From Pseudoduganella sp. (GTDB lineage: Bacteria; Pseudomonadota; Gammaproteobacteria; Burkholderiales; Burkholderiaceae_D), in NCBI GenBank assembly GCA_036402315.1, contig DASWTB010000230.1:6336-70335 (forward strand): a stretch of 64,000 nt of DNA, written 5' to 3'. The stretch's first letter is position 1. The number at the start of each line of letters is the position of its first letter. The notes beneath the pieces were generated by a model, which saw only the letters and a list, made by a program, of their open reading frames with translations, had not been told where the DNA came from and did not search any database. Shown piece by piece: positions 9,846 through 19,226 of this stretch. The translations under genes were made by a program, and so were the position numbers.

Positions 9846-11042
9846 TTAATCTTCATGTTCGGCGGTGCCCTTGCCCTGCTCCGCCTTGATGGTGAAACTG
9901 TGGGCGGCGGCGTACCGGGCATCCTTGTGCAGGCCGGATGTGATTTCCACCAGCTTGCCGTCGGAGCGGCCAACCGTGACAGGCACCGGCGTGAACGCCT
10001 GGCCGCTGCGCTGGAATACCACCTGCGTGCCGTTCAAGACTTGCAACGCCTCCTTTTCCACGGCCACCGGCACTTCGGCCGAACCGGTCACCACGTCAAC
10101 GTCCACGAACAGGCCGGGACGCCAGGCCAGCTGCGGATTGTCCAGCACCACGCGGGCCCGCGCGGCGCGGGTCTGCTCGCCGATCATGGCGCTGACGAAA
10201 CTCACTTTTCCTTTCGCAGCAGCGCCCGAGGCAGCCGAATGCAGCACGGCATCCGTGCCAACCTTGACGATCTCCAGGTCCTTCGCCGGCACTACCACTT
10301 CCGCCCACACCTGGCGCAGGTCGGATACCGTGAACACCTTGGTCTCCGCGCCTACCGCTTCGCCCACGGCAATGTGCTTGTCAACAATCAGGCCATCGAA
10401 CGGCGCCCGGATTTCAAGGCGGTTGAAAGGCCCCTTGCCGGAACCGCCGGCGCCGATCGCCACCAGCTTCTGGCGCGCGTTCTGCACGGCGATAGCGGCT
10501 TCCTGCCATTCCTGTTCCGCCTTCAGGTAATCCTGGCGCGCAGAGACCTTGTCTTCCCACAGCTTCTTTTCCGACTCGTAGACCGAGCGCGCCAGTGCCG
10601 CGCGTTTCTCGGCGGCCGCCAGGCCGCTGCGCTGCTCGGAAACGTCGGCACTGGCGACGACTGCCAGCAACTCGCCTTTGCGCACTTGCTGGCCAAGATT
10701 GGCCTGCACTTCCTGCACGATGCCGTCCACGCGCGGCGTGACGTGGGCGGTGCGGTCTTCGTCCAGCTTGACTTCGCCCGGCAGGCGGACGAAGGTCTCC
10801 AGGCGCGCGGCCCCGGCCGTGCGCAAGGCGATGTCGGCCGCCACCACCTGCGCATCGGTGAACGGAATCGGCTGCGTGCCGGATGCGCCAGCCGCACCGG
10901 CCGGGTGCTCGTCGTGATGCCCGCCCGCCTCAGCCTCGGCCTTTGCAGCGGGAGCGAAGCGCTCCCAGCCCAATACAGCGCCCGCAAACAGGAAGGCTGC
11001 GACCACCATGGCCGCAATAGTGATCTTCTGATGCTTGTTCAT
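9846..11042 (-). CDS. czcB: Efflux RND periplasmic adaptor, CzcB family
   Basis: N-terminal anchor, His patch, IRAPFDG, WRPGLFV; between czcC and czcA. Confidence 0.92.
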   Translation of the reverse strand: MNKHQKITIAAMVVAAFLFAGAVLGWERFAPAAKAEAEAGGHHDEHPAGAAGASGTQPIPFTDAQVVAADIALRTAGAARLETFVRLPGEVKLDEDRTAHVTPRVDGIVQEVQANLGQQVRKGELLAVVASADVSEQRSGLAAAEKRAALARSVYESEKKLWEDKVSARQDYLKAEQEWQEAAIAVQNARQKLVAIGAGGSGKGPFNRLEIRAPFDGLIVDKHIAVGEAVGAETKVFTVSDLRQVWAEVVVPAKDLEIVKVGTDAVLHSAASGAAAKGKVSFVSAMIGEQTRAARARVVLDNPQLAWRPGLFVDVDVVTGSAEVPVAVEKEALQVLNGTQVVFQRSGQAFTPVPVTVGRSDGKLVEITSGLHKDARYAAAHSFTIKAEQGKGTAEHED

Positions 11043-12268
11043 TTTGAATCCTTGAAGTCCAGGTTGCCGACCACCTTTGCCAGGTCGGCCCGCGCGCGGT
11101 AGAAGTCCGAAATGGCGCGCAGGTGCTGTCCCTGCGCCTGCACCCAGGTGCGCTGCGCGTCGAGCACTTCGACGTAATTGAATTTGCCGGCTTCGAAGCC
11201 TTTCATCGCCGCCTCGGCTGCGTATTGGGCGCCCGGCAGCACGTCTTCGCGTACCAGGCGCTCCTGCTGCATCGCCGCCTGCATGCGGGCATGGGCCTGC
11301 AGCGCCTCCGCCCGGATGCGCTGGCGTGTCGCTTCCAGCTCCGAGCGCGCTTTGTCGGTACGGCGTTCGGCGGCCAGGATCGCGCCCTGGTTGCGGTTGA
11401 ACAGCGGCAGCGGCACCGACAGGCCGATCATGTTCTGCCGCACGCGGTCGCGCTCCGGGCCTTCGCTGCGCTTGCTGCCGACGATCAGCGATACATCGGG
11501 CATGCGTGCCGCACGCTCGATGCGCAGCGATGCCTTGCCAGCGTCGACTTCCGCGACGGCCCGCTCGATGGCGGGCGCCGAAGCAATCAGGTCTTCCAGC
11601 CGCGCTCCGGGCAGTCCGGCTTGGGCCGGCGGCACTGGTGCAGCCAGCGTTCCAAGCTCGCTGCCCGTATTGCCAAGCAGGCTGGCCAGCCGGATGCGCG
11701 CTTCATCCAGCTCGCGCTGGGCCGCCACCCCCTCCATGCGCCAGTTGGCCTCCGCCACGCGCGCACGCGCCTCTTCGACCGGCGACACCTTGCCCGCCAA
11801 CACGCGGCGTGCTGCAGCCTCGCTGGAACGGCGCCCGCTTTCGCTGACCTGCGCAGCCAGGGCGACATGCTGCTGGGCGAGATAGGCCTGGTGGTAGGCG
11901 GCGACCACTTCCGCCTCGATGCGCGCCCGGCCGACGGCCAGGTCCAGCGCCGCCGCGCGGCTGCCGGCCTGCGCCGCCTCCATGCGTGCGGCGCGCTTGC
12001 CGCCCAGCTCAAGCGGTATCGCCAGCTGGACGGACGAAGAACCGCCCTCGCTGGTTTTGCCTTCCCGCAGATATTCCAGCGAAGGATTGGGCAGCAGCGC
12101 CGCCTGGCGCCCAGCCGCGTCGACAGCCGACGCTTCCAGCGCCAGCGACTGCAGTTCGGGATTGCTTTGCCGCGCACGATCGAGTGCCTCGGCAAGCGTC
12201 AATGATGGTTGCGCCCACGCGGGGGCCAGGCAAATGGCCGCCAGCAAGGGCACGCAAATAGCTTTCAC
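11039..12268 (-). CDS. czcC: Outer-membrane efflux factor, CzcC/TolC family
   Basis: Start reassigned to GTG 12268 (AAGGAG upstream, signal peptide follows); LLPNPSL, LELGGKRAAR, SVPLPLFNRNQG, EVLDAQRT. Confidence 0.9.
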   Translation of the reverse strand: MKAICVPLLAAICLAPAWAQPSLTLAEALDRARQSNPELQSLALEASAVDAAGRQAALLPNPSLEYLREGKTSEGGSSSVQLAIPLELGGKRAARMEAAQAGSRAAALDLAVGRARIEAEVVAAYHQAYLAQQHVALAAQVSESGRRSSEAAARRVLAGKVSPVEEARARVAEANWRMEGVAAQRELDEARIRLASLLGNTGSELGTLAAPVPPAQAGLPGARLEDLIASAPAIERAVAEVDAGKASLRIERAARMPDVSLIVGSKRSEGPERDRVRQNMIGLSVPLPLFNRNQGAILAAERRTDKARSELEATRQRIRAEALQAHARMQAAMQQERLVREDVLPGAQYAAEAAMKGFEAGKFNYVEVLDAQRTWVQAQGQHLRAISDFYRARADLAKVVGNLDFKDSK

Positions 12269-12322
12269 GATTTTGCTCCTTGATGATTGATGGGGAACGG
12301 CCGCATGCAGCGGCCGGATCAA

Positions 12323-12643
12323 TCAGCGGAGCCTGTCGGGGCGCGGGGGAATATCCGCAATGAAGGAATAGATAGGCGGCTCCGGTGAAGCCATCGGAGC
12401 GATCGAATCGACTTGCTGGCGCACGTCCGCCATGTTGGCGACACACGGCGCATGGGAATGGTGGCAGAAGTCGCACTGCGTGCAGCATGCGCTGTCCGGC
12501 TCCTGCGAGCCAGCCGCCGCAGCGGCCTGCTCGCCGGGCTGCGTAATCTCGATTTTCAGGCAGCAGCTATCCGTTGCCGCCAGGGTCGCCTGGAGCGGCA
12601 GCACCAACAACAGCAGGATAACGAGAAAGCGCCGGATAGTCAT
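12323..12643 (-). CDS. czcI: CzcI-like small exported Cys/His-rich leader protein
   Basis: RRFLVILLLLVLPLQ signal, CCTQCDFCHH, C-terminal IPPRPDR; immediately upstream of czcC. Confidence 0.7.
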   Translation of the reverse strand: MTIRRFLVILLLLVLPLQATLAATDSCCLKIEITQPGEQAAAAAGSQEPDSACCTQCDFCHHSHAPCVANMADVRQQVDSIAPMASPEPPIYSFIADIPPRPDRLR

Positions 12644-12661
12644 GAAGGCGGATTATAGCAA

Positions 12662-13387
12662 CTATCGGTAGCGATGCAGCAGGCGGTCAACGCTGCCGTC
12701 GGATGCCAGGCCGCCTATCGCGCGCTGGACCTCGCCAAAAGGAATGGCGGACTTCTGGGAAAACGCACATTGCGCTTTGAACGGGTCAAACTCGAAGTCG
12801 ATGCGCAGCTTGTGCTGGGGCTCCGAGCGGATCAGGTATTCCGCCGTCATCCGCCCCATGATCGCGTACTGCATGCGGCCATGCTGGATCTTCGAAATAT
12901 TCAGCTCCATCGAGGGAGCATCTTCGCGCATGAAGGCCCGGCCCAGCGCGGAGTCGATCATCGAGTAGGAATAGCCAAGCACCGTACCGACCGGCTTGTT
13001 CGCCAGGTCCGACAAAGCCCTGACTGCCGGGGCCTCGGGCCGGGACACCAGCACGCCCGCATCGGGCATCAGGGGCTGGCTCCAGTTGAAAGAGCCGGGC
13101 AGCCAGCGCGGCAGCACATAGCACACGCCATCGGCCCGGCCGCTCACCAGGTACTCGGCGACCCGCTTGGCCGGAACGCTGACATAACGGGCCTGCAAGC
13201 CCATTCGGCGCGCAATGCTGTCGCCCAGGTCCTTCAGCAAGCCATCGACCAGTTTCCCGTTCTGGAAACGGGACAAGGGCATATTGTGGTTGGTTGCCGC
13301 AACAAAGACCATCTCACCCTGGCCAGCCAATGCTGCAGGGCTCAAGGCAAGCAGCAAGCAGAATGGCGCGAAACAAGAACGTAACAT
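12662..13387 (-). CDS. Periplasmic substrate-binding-fold protein (SBP family 3-like, orphan)
   Basis: Signal peptide, KPVGTVLGYSY, GRMQYAI; no cognate ABC genes adjacent. Confidence 0.8.
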   Translation of the reverse strand: MLRSCFAPFCLLLALSPAALAGQGEMVFVAATNHNMPLSRFQNGKLVDGLLKDLGDSIARRMGLQARYVSVPAKRVAEYLVSGRADGVCYVLPRWLPGSFNWSQPLMPDAGVLVSRPEAPAVRALSDLANKPVGTVLGYSYSMIDSALGRAFMREDAPSMELNISKIQHGRMQYAIMGRMTAEYLIRSEPQHKLRIDFEFDPFKAQCAFSQKSAIPFGEVQRAIGGLASDGSVDRLLHRYR

Positions 13388-13409
13388 AAAGACATGATAT
13401 CAGATGCGC

Positions 13410-13423
13410 TTGACCCAAGTCAT
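13410..13423 (+). promoter_or_regulatory. FNR/Crp-family box upstream of USP 1
   Basis: TTGAC-CCAA-GTCAT vs FNR consensus TTGAT-N4-ATCAA; centre about 64 bp before ATG. Confidence 0.7.
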
Positions 13424-13480
13424 GGATCGTGCGCGCCAATCGGGCGCACACTTGCACCAACATCAACACAGGAGGCCATC

Positions 13481-14317
13481 ATGTCTTACCGCACCATCGT
13501 AGTCCATGCCGACCGCTCCGCCAATGCCGAAGCTCGCATCGCGCTGGCGGCAGCCATCGCCTCGCGCGAGGAAGGCCACCTGGTCGGCGCCGCGATGACA
13601 GGCATGCCGCGCTCCATGCTGGCCGGCCGCAGCTACGAAGGCAGCGGCATATTCCTGGCCGACTACCTGCGCCGCGCCGAAGAGCGTGTGCAACTGGCGC
13701 TGGAACAGTTCAAGGCAATTGCGGACCGCCTCGGCGTTCCCTCGTTCGAGGTCCGCAGCAGCAATGACGACGAATATGCGGGCCTGTGCATGCAGGCGCG
13801 CTACGCCGACCTGGTCGTACTGGGACAGTCCGCCGCCATCGGCAGCAATGAAGACAGCCTGCTGCCCGACCTGCCTGACTATGTGCTATTGAATTGCGGC
13901 CGCCCGGTGCTGCTGGTGCCGCGCGCCGGCCGCTTCCCGACCATTGGCAAGCGCGTGATGGTGGCCTGGAATGGCAGCGTGGAAGCGGCGAAGGCAGTCA
14001 CCGCCGCCCTGCCCCTGCTGCGCGGCGCGGAACAGGTCACGCTGGCAGTGCTGGGCGACAGCGCGGATACCCTGGGCGAGTCGCCCGGCGCCGATATCGC
14101 CCTGTACCTGGCACGGCATGGCGTGAATGTGGAAGTTTTGCGCAGGCCGGAGCCGGCCGATCCCGGCAAGGCCATCCTGTCGCTGGCGGCAGACTTCAAC
14201 GTCGACCTGCTGGTGATGGGCGCCTACGGCCATAGCCGCTTCCGCGAGATGATGCTGGGCGGCGCCACGCGCACCATACTGGCAACGGCGACGCTGCCAG
14301 TACTGATGGCGCATTGA
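13481..14317 (+). CDS. Universal stress protein (tandem USP domains)
   Basis: ATG 13481 after AGGAGG; SYRTIVVH, ARYADLVVLG, VAWNGSVEA, DLLVMGAYGHSRFREMMLGGATR. Confidence 0.93.
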   Translation: MSYRTIVVHADRSANAEARIALAAAIASREEGHLVGAAMTGMPRSMLAGRSYEGSGIFLADYLRRAEERVQLALEQFKAIADRLGVPSFEVRSSNDDEYAGLCMQARYADLVVLGQSAAIGSNEDSLLPDLPDYVLLNCGRPVLLVPRAGRFPTIGKRVMVAWNGSVEAAKAVTAALPLLRGAEQVTLAVLGDSADTLGESPGADIALYLARHGVNVEVLRRPEPADPGKAILSLAADFNVDLLVMGAYGHSRFREMMLGGATRTILATATLPVLMAH

Positions 14318-15385
14318 TCAGGCGGTCAGCACGCCGCGGCGCATCTGGTCCAGCTCAATCGACTCGAACAGGGCCTTGAAGTTGCCTTCGCCGAAGCCCT
14401 GGTTGCCCTTGCGCTGGATGAACTCGAAGAACACCGGGCCAAGCTGGTTTTCCGAGAAGATCTGCAGCAGCAGGTCGCCCGGTTTGCCGTCGATCAGGAT
14501 CTTGCGCTCTCGCAGGGCCTGCAGCGGCTCGCCGTGGCCCGGGATGCGGCGGTCGACCAGCTCGTAGTAGGTGTCGATGGTGTCGAGCAGCTTGACGCCG
14601 GCGGCGCGCAGGCTGTCCACCGTTGCGTACAGGTTGTCGCTGCCCATGGCGATGTGCTGGATGCCTTCGCCGCGATAGGCATCGAGGTATTCCTGGATCT
14701 GGCCGGCGCGGTCGGTGCCTTCCTCGTTGATCGGGATGCGCAGCTTGCCGCACGGGCTGGTCATGGCCTTCGACTTCACGCCGGTCACCTGGCCTTCGAT
14801 ATCGAAATAGCGCACTTCGCGGAAGTTGAACAGGCGCTCGTAGAACTCGGCCCACTCGCCCATGCGGCCACGGTGCACATTGTGGGTCAGGTGGTCGATA
14901 TAGGTCAGGCCATGCCCTTTAGGATTCTGGTCGACGCCCGGAATCGGTTCGAAGTCCACGTCGTAGATGCTGATATTGCCATTGCCAGGCCAGCGGTCCA
15001 CCAGGTAGATCAGGGAATCGCCGATGCCTTTGATGGCCGGCAGGTTCAGTTCCATCGGGCCGGCCTTGCTCTCGAAGCCCCAGGCACCAAGGCGCAGCGC
15101 GCGCTTGTAGGCATAGGCGGCGTCCTTCACGCGGAAACCGATGGCGCAGACGGATGGACCGTGCAGCTCGGCGAAGCGTTGCGCGAACGAGTCTTTTTCC
15201 GCGTTCAGAAGGAAGTTGACTTCGCCCTGGCGGTACAGGGTCACGTCCTTGCTGCGATGGCGCGCTACGGCGGTGAAGCCCATCGCTTCGAAGGTCTTGC
15301 CCATTGCGACTGGATCCGGCGCCGCGTATTCGATGAATTCGAAGCCGTCGGTGCCCATCGGGTTGTCCCACAGTGAGTCGGTCAT
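14318..15385 (-). CDS. hppD: 4-hydroxyphenylpyruvate dioxygenase
   Basis: [55 protein letters not shown]. Confidence 0.97.
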   Translation of the reverse strand: MTDSLWDNPMGTDGFEFIEYAAPDPVAMGKTFEAMGFTAVARHRSKDVTLYRQGEVNFLLNAEKDSFAQRFAELHGPSVCAIGFRVKDAAYAYKRALRLGAWGFESKAGPMELNLPAIKGIGDSLIYLVDRWPGNGNISIYDVDFEPIPGVDQNPKGHGLTYIDHLTHNVHRGRMGEWAEFYERLFNFREVRYFDIEGQVTGVKSKAMTSPCGKLRIPINEEGTDRAGQIQEYLDAYRGEGIQHIAMGSDNLYATVDSLRAAGVKLLDTIDTYYELVDRRIPGHGEPLQALRERKILIDGKPGDLLLQIFSENQLGPVFFEFIQRKGNQGFGEGNFKALFESIELDQMRRGVLTA

Positions 15386-15509
15386 TTGCTGTCTCCGGAA
15401 AGTGTGTAGATACCGGATATACTACGCACTGATTCTGGATTTTTTGCGCGTTTTGCACAACCAAAGCCATCAAATATGCGTATTTTGCGCATAACACAAG
15501 GACCTGACG

Positions 15510-16025
15510 ATGATTACTGTCGACCGCCACGACCTGTCCCTGCTGAACGAGCTTCAGCGTAACGGGGAAGCGACCAATGCCGCCCTGGCGGAAATGCTGC
15601 ATTTATCGGTGTCGCAGGTGGGGCGGCGCGTGCAGCGGCTGCGCGAGGCGGGCATCATCGACCACTACGCGGCGGTGCTGGAACCCTCCACGGTGGGGCT
15701 GGATGTGATGGCCTTCGTCCATATCACGCTGGACCGCCATGGCGAGAAGCGCGGCGACGCGTTTGAAAAGGCGATTCGCGACGTGCCGGAAGTGATGGAG
15801 TGTTTCTCGGTGACGGGCGAAGCGGACTATGTGGCGCGGGTGGTGTCGCACGACCTTGCCTCGTTCGCGGACCTGATGATGAAGGAACTCTTGCTTCTGC
15901 CGGGCGTGGTGAACGTCAAATCCAACATCGCGCTGAAGAAGATCAAGCAGTCCACCGTGCTGCCCCTGGAGCATATCGTGCGGCCGAACCCGCGCAAGCA
16001 GCGCATCGAGTTCGCCCGCACCTGA
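15510..16025 (+). CDS. Lrp/AsnC family regulator, divergent from hppD
   Basis: N-terminal HTH (RRVQRLREAGII), PEVMECFSVTGEADY. Confidence 0.93.
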   Translation: MITVDRHDLSLLNELQRNGEATNAALAEMLHLSVSQVGRRVQRLREAGIIDHYAAVLEPSTVGLDVMAFVHITLDRHGEKRGDAFEKAIRDVPEVMECFSVTGEADYVARVVSHDLASFADLMMKELLLLPGVVNVKSNIALKKIKQSTVLPLEHIVRPNPRKQRIEFART

Positions 16026-16031
16026 TAAGGC

Positions 16032-17744
16032 TCAGATCTTGAAGTCGTCGAAAGACACGCGCTGCGCGCCCTGCTCTTTCAGCATTTCGCGCGTCGCGTG
16101 CAGCATGGCCGGCGGGCCGCAGACGTAGAAGTCGCAATCCCTGGCGCGCGGATCCTGCGCCAGGAATTCGTCCCGCACCACTTCGTGCACCATGCGCCCG
16201 CCGTCGGACAGCACGACGTGCCAGCTGAAATGCTTGTAGCTTGCCGCCAGCGCGTCGAACTCCTCGCGGTACGGCACTTCGTTTTCGTCGCGCGCGCCAT
16301 ACCAGAAGCACACCGTTTCGGTCATGCCGGATTCCAGTTGTGCGCGGATCATCGCCCGCAATGGCGCCATGCCCGCACCGCCGCCGATGAAGACCTTCTC
16401 ATTCTTTCCTCTGCGCAGCGCGAATTCGCCGAATGGGGCGTTGAAGGCAACCCGGTCGCCCTGCTTCAGCGCATGCACATACGAAGAGCCGATGCCGCCC
16501 GCAATGTGGCGCACCAGCAGCGTCACGCAGCCGCCGGCCTGCGCAACGGGCAACGACAGCGAATAGGAGCGGCGCAGCGCCTTGCGCGGGCCGAACAGGC
16601 CGCGCCCGCGCGGAATATGCAGCTGCACATAGCTGCCAGGCCGGAAGTCGGCGCCGGCTTTCTGGTCCGGCCGCAGTACAACCTCGCGCAGGGTCGGGGT
16701 GACGTCGCGCACGGCTTCCACCGTCGCGGTGCGGCTGACCATCAGGGCCGCGCCGTGGCTGACGGCGACTTCCATGTCGGCCGTGACGGCCATGCCGCAC
16801 GCCAGCCGATGTCCGCGGCGCAAGCGCTGGTCGGGAATATGCTCGCCATCGGACGAAGATGCGGCCGGCGCATTGTGGCAGGCGCGTACTTCGCACAGGC
16901 CGCAGCTTTGCCCGCCGCCGCAGTTGGACGGCAGCTGTATTCCGGAACGGGCCAGCGCCTCGAACACGGTATCGCCGTGGCGCGACTTGACTACGCCAAT
17001 GCGCTTGCCCGCTTCATCGAGCACGGTAACTTGCCGCGCCGGCAGCAGGCGCCCCGGCACGAAATCATGCAGGCGCACGCTGGTGCACAGCAGCCAGATG
17101 CCGCTCAGTGCCATCCACAGGCCGCCCAGCGCGGCCATCAGCAGCAGCGAATTATTGAAGTCTTCGCGGCCGCTATAATCCATGATATGCAGCATCCACG
17201 CAATGTCGAACAGGCGCCAGGTGGCGTTGCGGCGCTCGAGGATGCGGCCGTCGACGGCTGATACATAGATGGTCGTCGCTTCCTTGTCGTCAAAATCGAC
17301 GCGCCAGGCAGGCCCACGGTGCTTGCGGATTTCCAGCGTAGGTTGCGGCACCCATTGGGGCTGGCCTGCCTTGCCTTCGCCGACGTAGCCGGCGCGCGCC
17401 ACTTCAAGCGCGTGCGCCGCCGTGACCGTCAGCGCGGCGCCACTGTGCGCATCGACCAGCCAGCTCCCCTGGCTGTTCTTCAGCAGGTAGGCCGGCGCCT
17501 GCAGCAGCCAGTAGCTTTCGATCGATTCAACCGGCCTGGCGGAGACGGCCAGTACCTCGGCCGGGGAAAGCAGGCCATCCCTTGGCCATTCCATCGCCAT
17601 TTTCGGCGGCGCGCGGTGCGCCATTCCTTCGACCGCGTCCTGGTCGAACAGGCTCATGACCATGCCGCTCGCCAGCCAGAGCAGGAATTGCAGGCCCACC
17701 ACCAGGCCGACCCATTTATGCAGTTTTCGCAGCAGCGGCGTCAT
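16032..17744 (-). CDS. Fusion: PepSY-TM/PepSY membrane domain + 2Fe-2S ferredoxin + FAD/NAD(P)H reductase (NqrF-like)
   Basis: LHKWVG TM, PepSY-like segment, WMLHIMDY TM, CGGGQSCGLC...RLAC, RSYS, GGGAGMAP, CGPP, terminal FDDF. Confidence 0.85.
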   Translation of the reverse strand: MTPLLRKLHKWVGLVVGLQFLLWLASGMVMSLFDQDAVEGMAHRAPPKMAMEWPRDGLLSPAEVLAVSARPVESIESYWLLQAPAYLLKNSQGSWLVDAHSGAALTVTAAHALEVARAGYVGEGKAGQPQWVPQPTLEIRKHRGPAWRVDFDDKEATTIYVSAVDGRILERRNATWRLFDIAWMLHIMDYSGREDFNNSLLLMAALGGLWMALSGIWLLCTSVRLHDFVPGRLLPARQVTVLDEAGKRIGVVKSRHGDTVFEALARSGIQLPSNCGGGQSCGLCEVRACHNAPAASSSDGEHIPDQRLRRGHRLACGMAVTADMEVAVSHGAALMVSRTATVEAVRDVTPTLREVVLRPDQKAGADFRPGSYVQLHIPRGRGLFGPRKALRRSYSLSLPVAQAGGCVTLLVRHIAGGIGSSYVHALKQGDRVAFNAPFGEFALRRGKNEKVFIGGGAGMAPLRAMIRAQLESGMTETVCFWYGARDENEVPYREEFDALAASYKHFSWHVVLSDGGRMVHEVVRDEFLAQDPRARDCDFYVCGPPAMLHATREMLKEQGAQRVSFDDFKI

Positions 17745-18433
17745 TGCGCGGCCCTCCTGCGTACGGTGAACCAGAGCAGCCAGATTCCGCTCAATGCGAA
17801 CAGGGTGCCGGCGATGGAAGCGCTGCGCAGCAGCGTGTTATTGACGTCCGTGCGCTTGTCATAGTCCATGATGTGCAACATCCACAGGAAGTCGTATGCC
17901 CGCCACAGCGAGTGCCGCTTGGCCACGACTTCGCCCGTGAACGGCGATATGTACAGGGTGCTGCCGTTGGAATCGTCGAAGTCGGCGCGCCACAGCGGCG
18001 CCTTGCGTGCAGCGACTTCGCGCGGCAGCTGCTTCAGCAGGCTGATACCGCCCAAGCTGCCGTCGCCCTGGTAAGCCTGCAAGGCCAGTTCACGTACCTG
18101 TGCTTCGTTAAGCGGGTCCATTTGCCGCCCGCTGGCGGCATCGGCAAGGCCTGTGCCGCCGGCATACTTCACTTCATATACTTCCTTGCCCAGCAATTGC
18201 TTCAGGCGGAAACCCGTCATGCCGGGAAATTGCGCCGCCAGTTGCGAAGGCTGCACCGCAACCGCTTTCGCCACGACGGCCGGCCGCTCCACATGCGCCA
18301 TGTGGTCGCCGTGGATGATATCGATTGAAATTGCAGCCATGTAAACACCGCTCGCCATCCAGAACAATGCCTGGATGCCGACCAGCAGGCCAAGCCACTT
18401 GTGCAGCCGGCGTGACCAGAATGCTTGTCTCAT
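17741..18433 (-). CDS. PepSY domain membrane protein, paralogous to the N-half of the downstream fusion
   Basis: Start reassigned to ATG 18433 after GAGGA; RRLHKWLG, LYISPFTGEVV, DFLWMLHIMDY; 4-bp overlap with next gene. Confidence 0.85.
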   Translation of the reverse strand: MRQAFWSRRLHKWLGLLVGIQALFWMASGVYMAAISIDIIHGDHMAHVERPAVVAKAVAVQPSQLAAQFPGMTGFRLKQLLGKEVYEVKYAGGTGLADAASGRQMDPLNEAQVRELALQAYQGDGSLGGISLLKQLPREVAARKAPLWRADFDDSNGSTLYISPFTGEVVAKRHSLWRAYDFLWMLHIMDYDKRTDVNNTLLRSASIAGTLFALSGIWLLWFTVRRRAAQ

Positions 18434-18515
18434 AAAGTCCTCAATAATCGCCTGCCGCACGCCGTGCGGCATATCCGTTGCCGCGCGAGGCGGCTCCGCT
18501 CCTGGAAACCAGATA

Positions 18516-18878
18516 TCAGGAAGCCGGCTGGCGCGGGGGGCGCTCCGGCTCATCGGGGATATGGCCGGCATGGAACACCGGCTGGAAGGCGAAATACGGG
18601 TCGGAGCCGATCATCCATGGTGCAGGCGCGGCCAGGCAACCTGGCATCGCTGCCGAAGCGCAGCACCCGCTGGCGCAAGCACCGCAGGTTGCATGGCTTG
18701 TTCCCTGCACCGAACCGGCGCCCTTTTTCATCGATTTGGCATCGTGCTTCAGGCGCGGCGATTGACCCTGGTGGTACTCACCGATTGCGCAAGACAGCTG
18801 AGCGGCATTGGCCAGCGCTTGCAAGGGCAAGGCCAGCATCAACAGCCACACCATCCATGTCCTGACGAATCGGCGCAT
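18516..18878 (-). CDS. Small exported Cys-rich protein (CopL/DUF2946-like)
   Basis: WLLMLALPLQA signal, CGACASGCC, C-terminal PERPPR. Confidence 0.65.
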   Translation of the reverse strand: MRRFVRTWMVWLLMLALPLQALANAAQLSCAIGEYHQGQSPRLKHDAKSMKKGAGSVQGTSHATCGACASGCCASAAMPGCLAAPAPWMIGSDPYFAFQPVFHAGHIPDEPERPPRQPAS

Positions 18879-18880
18879 GC

Positions 18881-19225
18881 TTACTTCGCGACTTCGATGG
18901 CGGTCACGGTCATGGCGCCATTGGCGTTTTCAACCGTGAAGCGCACTTTGTCGCCTGCCTTCACCTTGTCCAGCATGGCGGCGTCCTTGACGCGGAAGAC
19001 CATGGTCATGGCGCCCATGCCCATGTTTTTCAGTTCACCGTGCTTGATGGTCAGCTTGCCGGACGGCTTGTCGACCTTCTTGATTTCCCCGTCGGCGGTA
19101 TCGGCCATGGTGCTGGCTTGCTGGCCGTGGTCGCTGTGGTCGCCGTGGCTGGCCATGGCCGGTGCGCCGGCCATGAAGGCCGCCGCCAGGATTGCAGCTT
19201 GCAGGGTGGTGTTAATTGCTTTCAT
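18881..19225 (-). CDS. cusF: Periplasmic copper-binding protein, CusF family
   Basis: ATG 19225; signal, His-rich linker, GEIKKVD...TIKHGELKNMGMGAMTMVF. Confidence 0.9.
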   Translation of the reverse strand: MKAINTTLQAAILAAAFMAGAPAMASHGDHSDHGQQASTMADTADGEIKKVDKPSGKLTIKHGELKNMGMGAMTMVFRVKDAAMLDKVKAGDKVRFTVENANGAMTVTAIEVAK

Positions 19226-19226
19226 A

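Noticed and set aside
16032-17744. Na+-translocating NADH:quinone reductase subunit F
   Set aside because: Only the soluble module resembles NqrF; no nqrA-E nearby and it is fused to PepSY
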